Source: an uncultured Geitlerinema sp. (GTDB lineage Bacteria > Cyanobacteriota > Cyanobacteriia > Cyanobacteriales > PCC-9228). Taken from it: a stretch of DNA of 32,000 bases. Within the stretch, counting starts at the first letter, position 1. The number at the start of each line of letters is the position of its first letter. The position numbers and the translations under genes were made by a program. Location: positions 9,501 to 41,500 of the forward strand of contig CAYZHY010000014.1 in the NCBI GenBank assembly GCA_964477525.1, in the 5' to 3' direction. This document shows, piece by piece, positions 11,174 through 19,886 of this stretch. A model generated the notes under the pieces. That model had not been told where the DNA came from, made no database searches, and saw only the letters and a program-made list of their open reading frames with translations.

Positions 11174-11824
11174 CTAGGATTCGGCAATGCTAGGAAAATG
11201 CTTTTTGACAATCATACGCCGCTGCTGGTCAAAACTGAGAATGCCTTGGTCTTGGAATTTGCCCATCAGGCGAGTGATGGTAACGCGGCTGGTACTGATG
11301 GCGTTGGCGAGTTCTTGGTGGGTGAGGCGAATGCCAATTCGGATGCCTTGGGGGGTGGTTTCTCCCATTTCCTGTTGCAGCCATTGCAGCAGTTGTTGCA
11401 AACGTGTTTCAACACGACGTTGCCCCGCGATCGCTAACAATGCCTCGACTTGCTGCAGTCGCCGGTTGATTTGCGGCAGGAGTTGCTGCGCTAGAGTCGG
11501 TGAAGATTCGATGTCGGTCATGGAATACCAAGTTAAATAGACATCTGACTGAGCTTTGACTTGATAGGTGGGTAAGGAGGTCAACCAAGATCCAAAACAC
11601 AAATTAGGACCAACCCAACCAACCAAGCCTTCGTTTCCATTTAAATAAAATGTACTTACCTGCACGTATCCCTCACAAACCTGCCAGATGCCGCAATGCT
11701 TGCTGGTGATGGGTTGCCCCTTGCGATAAAAAAAACAGCGGGTTTTGGTCAAGCGATCGCGAAGCGTCGGGGAACGAGAGTCGCGGTGCTGGGTTGCTTG
11801 CCATAGCGATGTGGTGGCGCTCAT
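11174..11824 (-). CDS. Crp/Fnr-family transcriptional regulator
   Basis: 216 aa; C-terminal winged HTH RIGIRLTHQELANAISTSRVTITRLMGKFQDQGIL; start preceded by GAGGAG. Confidence 0.9.
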   Translation of the reverse strand: MSATTSLWQATQHRDSRSPTLRDRLTKTRCFFYRKGQPITSKHCGIWQVCEGYVQVSTFYLNGNEGLVGWVGPNLCFGSWLTSLPTYQVKAQSDVYLTWYSMTDIESSPTLAQQLLPQINRRLQQVEALLAIAGQRRVETRLQQLLQWLQQEMGETTPQGIRIGIRLTHQELANAISTSRVTITRLMGKFQDQGILSFDQQRRMIVKKHFPSIAES

Positions 11825-12105
11825 TTGCTGGAATCTCCTCAGCGAATGGTTGTTCGGACTTGTATGGTTGGATTTTGTTGCAACTCATCTTCAACAATTA
11901 AATTATAATTTTATTAAAAATAATTTGCAATTTTGTAATCAGCCATGGGGTCTTCTATCTTCGGGCGCCAAGCGGTGTTTTGTGTCCATCATCCCTGGAT
12001 TATGGGGGATTTGAATTTTATACATATTTTGTCTGTATCTATCTTTGTGGCATTTTATTGCAAATAAAATCAATTGTTGTCTGGCGACATCGACGGTTAT
12101 AATAT

Positions 12106-12124
12106 GATAGAGATAATCATTATC
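12106..12124. promoter_or_regulatory. Candidate Fur-binding site (Fur box)
   Basis: GATAGAGATAATCATTATC matches the consensus GATAATGATAATCATTATC at 17/19. It is nested in the 10-bp arm dyad TAATATGATA-N11-TATCATATTA (12100-12130). Confidence 0.75.
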
Positions 12125-12370
12125 ATATTAATTCGTTCGGAGTTGGTTGGCAAGGGTAAATAGCGATCGCCGTTGTGGATTTCGTATCGTGGTTGACAAA
12201 GCCAGCTTGGATCGTACAAAGTACAAAAAAGTAACGCTCTGTAGGCGTTGGCAAATCCCCCCATAACTGTAGTCAATTCTACATTCAAAATTAAAAAAGA
12301 CCCCAGCAGGTAAATAAGTAGAATTACTTAATATGTTAGATTGAGCCCACCTTTCCAATGACTGGTAGCT

Positions 12371-12408
12371 GCGATGGTGCCTTGGGCACCGGTCCTTCGG
12401 ACCATCGC
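12371..12408. other. Compound inverted repeat; possible structured RNA or terminator element
   Basis: Outer arms GCGATGG/CCATCGC enclose TGCC-TTG-GGCA and TCC-TTC-GGA mini-hairpins. Alternative pairing: GGTGCC/GGCACC and GGTCC/GGACC. Confidence 0.6.
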
Positions 12409-12542
12409 GTTTCATTCTATAATCGTTTGCCCGTTATATAACCAATTGAACAACTTTACGTACGAACAATTGATAAATCTTGCCAGCCAACGCCATCGGA
12501 ATACTTCTCCATTCCGTTGTTGTTAATTTCCGTTGACCCAAA

Positions 12543-15191
12543 ATGCCTGATACCTCCATTCCTCTCTATCCCGAACCTGCCAAAGTTCCCTCCGAACCCT
12601 ACGAATACCTAGAGTACGAAAACTGGCTTGCCTTTCACCGGGTTTGGGGCAAAATGAACGACGATACCATAAATGCGATCGCCCGTCACCTACAAGTTTT
12701 GCCCATCCCTGCCCACACCCCTATTTATCAAGAAAACCAAACCCCCCAAGGCATTTATTTTCTCAAATGGGGAACCGTGGAAATTTACCGCCAATCCCCC
12801 GTGGGTAAAAGCCACATCACCTATCGCAACGCCGGAGAAGTCTTTGGCTATTTGCCCCTGGTAAGCAACCAATGGCAGCATAAATATCAAGCCAATGCGA
12901 TCGCACTCACCAGTAGCGAAGTTTGGTTTCTCCATCGGGATACCCTCCAAACCCTCACCCAACAATATCCCGACCTACAGCAAGCCATTACCAGCCTATT
13001 AGTACAAGATTTAGAGCGATTTACCGAACGAATCGCCAGCGAACAAGCCAGAATCCAGGGATTGCAACCTTACCTGCAACCCCTGCCCCACCAAGAACGC
13101 ATCGTTGGTTCTAGCAAACCCAGCCAAAAACTCGCCAAATCCGTCGAAACCGCCAGTCAAGACCAAAAACCCATTGTTTTCCAAGCCCAACGCGGTACCG
13201 GCAAAACCTTTATCGCCGGCTTAATCCACCAAAAATCTTCCCTGCAAAACCAACCCTTCGCCGAAATTGACTGCGCCACCCTGGTTCGCGAAGCAGGAGG
13301 TACCATCAACAGCGATCGCATTTTTGGCAGCGGCGAACACACCATTGGTATCCTAGAACTAGTCGAACGCGGCACCCTCGCCATCGACAACGTGCATTTG
13401 CTCAGCAAATCCGACCGCGAACGGCTATTTGAATACCTAAAAACCGGCACCATCTACCGCAACCATGCCACCACCCCGCGACAAATCTCCGTTCGCCTGA
13501 TTCTGATAGCCCCGCAAAAACTAGATCTCCCCGATATCGACCACCACACCATCAAACTCCCGCCCCTCACACAACGCAAAGCCGATATTGGCGAATTTGC
13601 CCGTCACTTCCTCCGTAAGTTTTGCCAAGAAAGCGATCGCCCCTTCCTCGAACTCGACCAAGCCGACCTGCGGCGCTTAATTAGCTACAACTACCCCGGC
13701 AACATCGCCGAACTCGCCGCCATCCTCGAACGCGCCGTCGCCATGACCCCAAGCGGGCAAACCGTCATCCCCGAACAAGTCTTGTGGTCGGTAGAATCCC
13801 AGAAAAACAGCTTTCGCATCGACCTACTCAACTTTATCCCCGGCTTGCGCAAATTCCTCCTCAGCGACTGGTGGCCCCAGCGTACCTGGATTTTGATGAT
13901 GCTTGTCTTTGTTCCCGTCACCCTTATGGGCTTCATCGGACCGCAAGAGCGCGGCGAGAGCATCACTTTACACTTATTTTGGGCGTGGTGGTGGCCTTTT
14001 TACTTACTCTTATTTCCCATTTTAGGGCGTTTGTGGTGTTCCGTATGTCCATTTATGATAACTGCTGAATGGTTGCGCAACCTTTCCTTGTGGATATTCC
14101 CCCGTTCCCTGAAACCCTGGAACACCAAAGCCTTAAATCGTTGGGGCGCTTGGTGGCTTTGGGCAGGATTCGTCGCCATTTACATCTGGGAAAAACTCTG
14201 GGATTTGCCCCACAGCGCCTACCTCTCCGCCTGGCTGTTAATGATTATCACCGGCGGTGCCATTATCTTTAGCCTAATTTACGAACGTCGCCTGTGGTGC
14301 CGCTACCTGTGCCCCATCGGCGGCATGAACGGGTTATTTGCCAAACTCTCCGTTGTGGAATTGCGATCGACCCAACAAGTGTGTGGCAGTCAGTGCAGTA
14401 CCTTTGGCTGCTACAAAGGCAGCGATGCCACCCCGGTGAACTTTTCCGATCCTTTGCCCACCGAAGGGCAAGCCACCGGCGGCTGCCCCCTCTATTCCCA
14501 TCCCGCGCAATTAAAAGACAATCGCGATTGCATGTTCTGCATGACCTGTTTGAAAGCCTGCCCCAATCGTTCCGTACAGCTAAACCTACGCTTTCCCGCC
14601 GCCGATATTCTAGAAAATCACCAGCCGTTTTGGGCAGAAGTGGCGTTGCTGGTGCTATTGCTGGGTGGCGTTTTCATGCACCAAGGCAATAAATTTCTCA
14701 GTTGGTTTGGTTGGGGCGATATTCCCTTGGATTCGGAACATTTGCTGGTTTCTTTGCCAGTGGTATCCCTGCTGTTAAGTATTCCCTTTGTGTTAACCTA
14801 TGGAATCCACCAACTGACGCGCTTGTGGATGCGTTTGGTCTTTCCTAGCGGGCAACAGACATTTCCCGAGTATCTTCAGGTTATTTATGCCTATTTGCCT
14901 CTCACCCTGGGTGCCAATTTGGCATACTATATCCCCACCGCGATTACCGAGTCGGGAACGCTTTTGCCCACATTGGCGCGTACGGCTGGCTTTAGCGGTG
15001 GGATGCTGCCGACACTAACCTGGAGTTTGGATGTAGCCAATTTTTTGCAAGGTGTAGTGCTGTTGTGGTCTTTTGGGTTTAGCGTTTATCTGCTATCGGG
15101 GATTACCAAGCGGTTTGTGAAAGCCAATCTTCCCCATATTTTGTTGATGTTGGGGTTGACGGTGGTTTTCTTTCCGTTGATGGTCCTGTAA
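12543..15191 (+). CDS. Multidomain protein: N-terminal cyclic-nucleotide-binding-like domain, sigma54-activator-like AAA+ domain, membrane region, NapH/CcoG-like 4Fe-4S polyferredoxin segment
   Basis: 882 aa. Walker A-like FQAQRGTGKT; ISYNYPGNIAELAAILERAV (as in bEBPs); CSVCPF, CRYLCPIGG and CMFCMTCLKACPNRS; multiple hydrophobic helices. Confidence 0.85.
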   Translation: MPDTSIPLYPEPAKVPSEPYEYLEYENWLAFHRVWGKMNDDTINAIARHLQVLPIPAHTPIYQENQTPQGIYFLKWGTVEIYRQSPVGKSHITYRNAGEVFGYLPLVSNQWQHKYQANAIALTSSEVWFLHRDTLQTLTQQYPDLQQAITSLLVQDLERFTERIASEQARIQGLQPYLQPLPHQERIVGSSKPSQKLAKSVETASQDQKPIVFQAQRGTGKTFIAGLIHQKSSLQNQPFAEIDCATLVREAGGTINSDRIFGSGEHTIGILELVERGTLAIDNVHLLSKSDRERLFEYLKTGTIYRNHATTPRQISVRLILIAPQKLDLPDIDHHTIKLPPLTQRKADIGEFARHFLRKFCQESDRPFLELDQADLRRLISYNYPGNIAELAAILERAVAMTPSGQTVIPEQVLWSVESQKNSFRIDLLNFIPGLRKFLLSDWWPQRTWILMMLVFVPVTLMGFIGPQERGESITLHLFWAWWWPFYLLLFPILGRLWCSVCPFMITAEWLRNLSLWIFPRSLKPWNTKALNRWGAWWLWAGFVAIYIWEKLWDLPHSAYLSAWLLMIITGGAIIFSLIYERRLWCRYLCPIGGMNGLFAKLSVVELRSTQQVCGSQCSTFGCYKGSDATPVNFSDPLPTEGQATGGCPLYSHPAQLKDNRDCMFCMTCLKACPNRSVQLNLRFPAADILENHQPFWAEVALLVLLLGGVFMHQGNKFLSWFGWGDIPLDSEHLLVSLPVVSLLLSIPFVLTYGIHQLTRLWMRLVFPSGQQTFPEYLQVIYAYLPLTLGANLAYYIPTAITESGTLLPTLARTAGFSGGMLPTLTWSLDVANFLQGVVLLWSFGFSVYLLSGITKRFVKANLPHILLMLGLTVVFFPLMVL

Positions 15192-15229
15192 AAACAAAAA
15201 ACTGCTATATATCAATTAGGGAAACAAAC

Positions 15230-16192
15230 ATGCAAATTTACAACAATATTACCGAAATTATCGGGCGTACGCCCCTGGTTCGCCTCAACAAATTGCCCCA
15301 ACAGTACGATTGCGTGGCGGAAATTGTACTGAAGCTGGAAAGTTTCAATCCGGCGAAGTCAGTGAAAGACCGTATTGCGATTAGTATGGTTGCGGAAGCG
15401 GAACGCAGTGGGTTAATCGAACCGGGCAAATCCACGATTGTTGAGTCTACTTCCGGCAATACGGGGATTGGTTTGGCGATGGTTTGTGCGGCGAAGGGAT
15501 ATCGCACGATTTTGACGATGCCGGAGAATATGAGTCGGGAACGCATGCAGCTGTTGCAAGCCTATGGGGCGGAAATTGATACGACGCCGGCGAAGTTAGA
15601 TATAGCAGGAGCGATCGCGCGGGCTAACGAACTTTTGGCAACGATTCCCAATTCGTTTTCTCCCCAACAGTTTAGCAATCCCGCCAATCCCAAAATTCAC
15701 TATACCACAACGGGGGTGGAACTTTGGCAGGATACCGATGGCGATTTGGATGCTGTGGTATTGGGTGTGGGCACTGGCGGTACGCTAACGGGGGCAGGAC
15801 GTTATTTGAAACAGAAAAAAAACGATTTGCAATTAATTGCAGTGGAACCGGCGTTGAGTCCGGTTTTGAGCGGCGGTTGTTCCCAGATCCACAATTTACA
15901 GGGGATTGGCGCTGGGTTTGTTCCCGATGTTTTGCGGGTGGATTTGATTGATGAAATTGTTACCGTCAGTGAAGAGCAAGCCTATAAAGTAGGGCGAGAA
16001 CTGGCTAAAGAGGAAGGAATCCTAAGTGGCATTTCTACGGGGGCAGCCGTCTACGCTGCTTTGCAATTAGCACAGAAAGCCAAATGGACGGGAAAACGGC
16101 TGGTGGTTATTCAACCTAGTGGCGGCGAACGGTATTTGAGTACTCCCTTGTTTGCGGAAACCAGCGAAAATGCAGAAATTCCGGTTTCTTAG
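15230..16192 (+). CDS. cysK: Cysteine synthase A (O-acetylserine sulfhydrylase)
   Basis: 320 aa; IGRTPLVRLNKL, SFNPAKSVKDRIAISM, ESTSGNTGIGLAMV, GVGTGGTLTGAGRYL. Confidence 0.95.
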   Translation: MQIYNNITEIIGRTPLVRLNKLPQQYDCVAEIVLKLESFNPAKSVKDRIAISMVAEAERSGLIEPGKSTIVESTSGNTGIGLAMVCAAKGYRTILTMPENMSRERMQLLQAYGAEIDTTPAKLDIAGAIARANELLATIPNSFSPQQFSNPANPKIHYTTTGVELWQDTDGDLDAVVLGVGTGGTLTGAGRYLKQKKNDLQLIAVEPALSPVLSGGCSQIHNLQGIGAGFVPDVLRVDLIDEIVTVSEEQAYKVGRELAKEEGILSGISTGAAVYAALQLAQKAKWTGKRLVVIQPSGGERYLSTPLFAETSENAEIPVS

Positions 16193-16201
16193 ATTGCTTG
16201 T

Positions 16202-16798
16202 ATGGATGCCAAACGAAGAAAAAAGGTCAGCAAATATCTTTCCAAAATTCTGCGGCACGATCCCCATCGAATTGGTTTGGATTTGGATCCGGGGGGTTGG
16301 GTGAATTTGGAAACGTTGCTATCGGCTTTTCAAGAATATGGGGTGGAGATTGCTGCCGAAGAAGTTGTGGAAGTCATTCGCAAATCGGATAAACCGCGGT
16401 TTGCGTTAGAACCTATAGATGAAGAACAAAGTGGCAACCCAGCAGCCAATCCTTCACAGTTTCGCATTCGCGCAGCGTACGGACATTCGTTTCCTGTAGA
16501 TTTGGAACGCACGCCAGAACCACCACCGTCGGTTCTCTATCACGGAACGGCAGAACAATTTGTTCGTTCGATCCAACAACAAGGGTTACAATCGATGGGA
16601 CGGCAGTTCGTTCATCTTTATCAATATCCAGAAGGGGCGCTGGCTGTGGGCAGACGCAAGGGGCGATCGCGGCTTTTTTCCATAGATGCTGCTACTATGT
16701 ATGCGGAGGGATACTCTTTTTATCATGTGGGCGAGGGGATTTGGCTCACATTTGCTGTGCCACCCATTTATTTAAAGTTGCACTCGACAAAATCTTAG
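16202..16798 (+). CDS. kptA: RNA 2'-phosphotransferase, Tpt1/KptA family
   Basis: 198 aa; SKYLSKILRHDPHRIGLDLDPGGWVNLETLL, FRIRAAYGHSFPVDL, LYHGTAEQFVRSIQQQGL. Confidence 0.92.
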   Translation: MDAKRRKKVSKYLSKILRHDPHRIGLDLDPGGWVNLETLLSAFQEYGVEIAAEEVVEVIRKSDKPRFALEPIDEEQSGNPAANPSQFRIRAAYGHSFPVDLERTPEPPPSVLYHGTAEQFVRSIQQQGLQSMGRQFVHLYQYPEGALAVGRRKGRSRLFSIDAATMYAEGYSFYHVGEGIWLTFAVPPIYLKLHSTKS

Positions 16799-16889
16799 GA
16801 AAAACAAGGAGAAAAGTTCTAAGGTTTTTGAGGGGAAAGGTGGGTTTTACTGTAGAATTTCGTTACCACGGCTCTGGATTTTTCCAATT

Positions 16890-17114
16890 TTAAAGATCGA
16901 TACCAACTTGTTGAACTGGTTCATCAATCATATTAAGAAGATCGATGTTCAATTGGCGCCTTGCGTTCCTTCCTAAAAAGCTCCAAAAATGCCAAAGGGT
17001 TTCTCGTTCTGCCTCTGGAAAGTTCTTCGATAGGTCAAAAGTTTCCATGGCAGCCGAAAAAGCTACCTGGTAGATTTCTGAATCTCGATGGTTTCCCACT
17101 TGATAGGCTTTCAT
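16890..17114 (-). pseudogene. Probable remnant of a four-helix-bundle (S23/IVP-like) protein
   Basis: IYQVAFSAAMETFDLSKNFPEAERETL resembles the family N-terminus. The central region appears missing and the end ...LLNMIDEPV resembles its C-terminus. Confidence 0.45.
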
Positions 17115-17115
17115 C

Positions 17116-17633
17116 TTACTTCTCTACTTTCCCCTCCTCGATCGCACGAGTTGGTAAATAGCTAGCGGCGATCGCAACACACAACCACCATACCGTATTA
17201 ATCTGCGGACGATACCACACTGTATCCACCAAACCATGTACCATCAATCCTACCATAGCCGCCAGCGTTGCCATCAGCCAATATCCCTGGGGATTGCTAC
17301 GATCGCGTAGGGCACAGACTTGCCGCCAGCCACTGGCAAAACTCACCAGCAGAAACCACAAAAACGATGCCAAACCGATAAATCCAGTTTCCACAGCCAC
17401 TTCTAAAAATACCGAATAGGCACTCAAGGCACTGTAGTTGGGACGCATGTAGAGGGGATATACTTGGTTAAAAGCATCGTTGCCCGGTCCTATTCCTAGG
17501 ATAGGGCGATCGCGTATCATATCGATAACTGCCGCCCACACATTCATGCGGAAATTGTTGCTGCTGTCTTCACGACCCGCAAAAATACTCATAGCGCGAT
17601 CGCGAATGGGGTCTACAAATAACACTGCTAGCA
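17116..17633 (-). pseudogene. Truncated duplicate of the ictB 3' end
   Basis: The C-terminal part of ORF 17116..17880 is identical in protein to the C-terminus of the full ictB at 19887-21296, except for the last residue (K versus T). The upstream part of the ORF is unrelated sequence. Confidence 0.92.
17126..17633. repeat. Left copy of a 508-bp direct repeat
   Basis: Matches 19897-20404 at constant offset 2771; no mismatch found by eye. Confidence 0.92.
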
Positions 17634-17693
17634 ATGATATAATCTTTATCCCTGACCTCAACAAAAATATCCGAACTGGATAGAGTTCATAGT

Positions 17694-19031
17694 ATGAACG
17701 TAAGACCAATCGTAATCGACCTTTTTTCTGGAGCAGGTGGCTTAAGTTTAGGTTTTGAGCAAGCTGGATTTGATGTGGTGGCTGCAGTTGAAATAGATCC
17801 AATCCATGCCGCCATCCATAAATATAATTTTCCATATGGCATTGTTCTACCAACTTCCGTAATCTATCTGAGCGCAACAACGATTCGCGAACAGGCAGGA
17901 ATAGGAGATGACGAAATCAATGTGGTGGTTGGTGGTCCTCCTTGTCAGGGATTTTCGCTTATTGGAAAAAGGTCTCTTGACGATCCTAGAAATAGATTGG
18001 TTCGTGAATTCGTTCGCCTAGTCGAAGAGTTATCGCCACAATTCTTTCTTTTTGAAAACGTAAAGGGGTTAACTGTTGGCAAACATCGTCAAGTTCTAGA
18101 GGAATTGGTAGAACAATTTCATGGGATTGGATATAACGTGCAAATGCCTTGGCAAGTGCTTAATGCTATGAATTACAGAGTGCCACAAGATCGCGAGCGA
18201 TTGTTTCTTCTTGGTGCCAGGCAGGGAATATCAATGCCTTCCTATCCTTCTCCTATCACAGAGCCTTTATCTTCGTTGGACTTAGAAATTCCTGGCTTAC
18301 TTGCTAAAACTCCTACATGCAAAGATGCGTTGGGAGATTTGCCCGACGCAGAATTGTTTGAAGAGCTAAAAGACAGTGATGCTGTACATACAAATAAATG
18401 GGGAATCCCTTCTGATTATGGTAAAGAAATGAGATGCATCAGCGAAAAAGCGTGGCATTTTGGCTATCCCCGAAAATGGGAACCAAATTTACTTACATCA
18501 AGTGCCAGAACAAATCATACAAATATATCACGTAGAAGATTTTCTCAAACCCAACCAGGAAGCGTAGAACCTGTATCGCGCTTTTTCAAGCTGTCGCCAG
18601 AGGGAATTTCAAATACCCTTCGCGCTGGAACTGATTCAGCACGCGGTGCCTTTACAAGTCCAAGACCAATCCATTACGAGAAAAATAGATGTATAACGGT
18701 TCGGGAAATGGCTCGTTTGCATGGTTTTCCGGATTGGTTTCGTTTTCATACGACAAAATGGCATGGTGCTAGACAAATAGGAAATGCTGTTCCTCCACCC
18801 CTGGCAAGAGCGATCGCTGCGGAATTTATTAGAGCTGCTGGTATTGAGGTATTGAAACCAAAAGAATTAATACAGTTTGGCGAACGTGCATTACTGGAAA
18901 TGGATATGACGGAAGCAGCTAATTTTTGGGGGATAGATGTGCCTGTTGCCAAACGAGATCGTAAGAGTGGTGCGAAAAAACGGAAACAAGAAGAAATCGA
19001 AGCATTACATATTGGAGAAATGGAAATTTAG
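17694..19031 (+). CDS. DNA (cytosine-5-)-methyltransferase
   Basis: 445 aa; DLFSGAGGLSLGFEQAGF (motif I), GGPPCQGFS (IV), FLFENVKGL (VI), QDRERLFLLG (VIII), RQIGNAVPPPLA (X). Confidence 0.96.
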   Translation: MNVRPIVIDLFSGAGGLSLGFEQAGFDVVAAVEIDPIHAAIHKYNFPYGIVLPTSVIYLSATTIREQAGIGDDEINVVVGGPPCQGFSLIGKRSLDDPRNRLVREFVRLVEELSPQFFLFENVKGLTVGKHRQVLEELVEQFHGIGYNVQMPWQVLNAMNYRVPQDRERLFLLGARQGISMPSYPSPITEPLSSLDLEIPGLLAKTPTCKDALGDLPDAELFEELKDSDAVHTNKWGIPSDYGKEMRCISEKAWHFGYPRKWEPNLLTSSARTNHTNISRRRFSQTQPGSVEPVSRFFKLSPEGISNTLRAGTDSARGAFTSPRPIHYEKNRCITVREMARLHGFPDWFRFHTTKWHGARQIGNAVPPPLARAIAAEFIRAAGIEVLKPKELIQFGERALLEMDMTEAANFWGIDVPVAKRDRKSGAKKRKQEEIEALHIGEMEI

Positions 19032-19035
19032 AAAA

Positions 19036-19845
19036 ATGGATAAGAAGTCAGATAACAATCCCCAGAGCCGATATATGGCTTTAATTGAAAAAGTATTCTT
19101 TGACCGTTACCAAACAGGTGACAGCAGGATAGAGTTTGCACGTGAAGACCTTGTTAGGGCAGCAAACGAACTTGATATTAAATTACCCAAGAATCTTGGA
19201 GATGTGGTGTATTCTATACGATACCGCACACCGATGCCGAATAGTATCTTGCAAATAAAGCCAGAGGGAATGGAATGGATTATTGAAGGCGCAGGTCGCT
19301 CAAAATATGTTTTCAAGTTGGTTCACATTAACAGAATTGTTCCGAACCAAGAACTTGTAGCTATTAAAATTCCAGATTCAACACCTGAAATTGTTAATGC
19401 ATATTCCTTGTCTGACGAGCAAGCGTTACTCGCAATTGTTAGATACAATCGTTTAATCGATATTTTTCTTGGCTTAACTGCATATTCTCTACAAAACCAT
19501 CTCAGAACCACGGTATCGTCAATTGGTCAAGTTGAAATAGATGAAATTTATGTAGCTGTTGATAAGCACGGCAGGCAGTTTGTTTTGCCCGTACAAGCTA
19601 AGGGAGGGAGCGATCGACTTTCTGTTGTTCAAACAAAACAAGATATTGCTTGTTGTGCAGAGAAATATCCCAATCTTATTTGTAGAGCTATATCTGCTCA
19701 ATTTGTGGAAAATAAATTAATTGCATTATTTGAGCTTACAATTGAAAACGATGAAGTGAAAATAGTAAACGAAAGACACTATAACCTAGTTCCATCCGAT
19801 TGGATCGACGATAACGATCTAAAAACCTATTCGCAACGTTCGTAA
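19036..19845 (+). CDS. Putative type II restriction endonuclease (PD-(D/E)XK-like)
   Basis: ORF 18937..19845, with MDKKSDNNPQ the likely start. It begins 4 bp after the methylase stop. EIDEIYVAVDKHGRQFVLPVQAKGG looks like a D-Xn-(E/Q)-X-K core. Confidence 0.75.
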   Translation: MDKKSDNNPQSRYMALIEKVFFDRYQTGDSRIEFAREDLVRAANELDIKLPKNLGDVVYSIRYRTPMPNSILQIKPEGMEWIIEGAGRSKYVFKLVHINRIVPNQELVAIKIPDSTPEIVNAYSLSDEQALLAIVRYNRLIDIFLGLTAYSLQNHLRTTVSSIGQVEIDEIYVAVDKHGRQFVLPVQAKGGSDRLSVVQTKQDIACCAEKYPNLICRAISAQFVENKLIALFELTIENDEVKIVNERHYNLVPSDWIDDNDLKTYSQRS

Positions 19846-19886
19846 TCTAAAGATATCTATAGAGTAGTAACTGCTAGCCAGTTGCC

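Noticed and set aside
10999-11211. ORF encoding a GGV repeat protein (RKRGVGGVGGVGG...)
   Set aside because: Simply the translation of the 9-bp tandem repeat; it overlaps the 3' end of the Crp-like gene.
12128-12415. 95-aa minus-strand ORF between the Crp-like gene and the 882-aa gene
   Set aside because: It spans the hairpin element, has no family features, and looks non-coding.
17634-17880. N-terminal part of ORF 17116..17880 as a novel protein fused to IctB
   Set aside because: The fusion is created by the duplication boundary and runs antisense to the methyltransferase start; it is best read as an artefact of the insertion.
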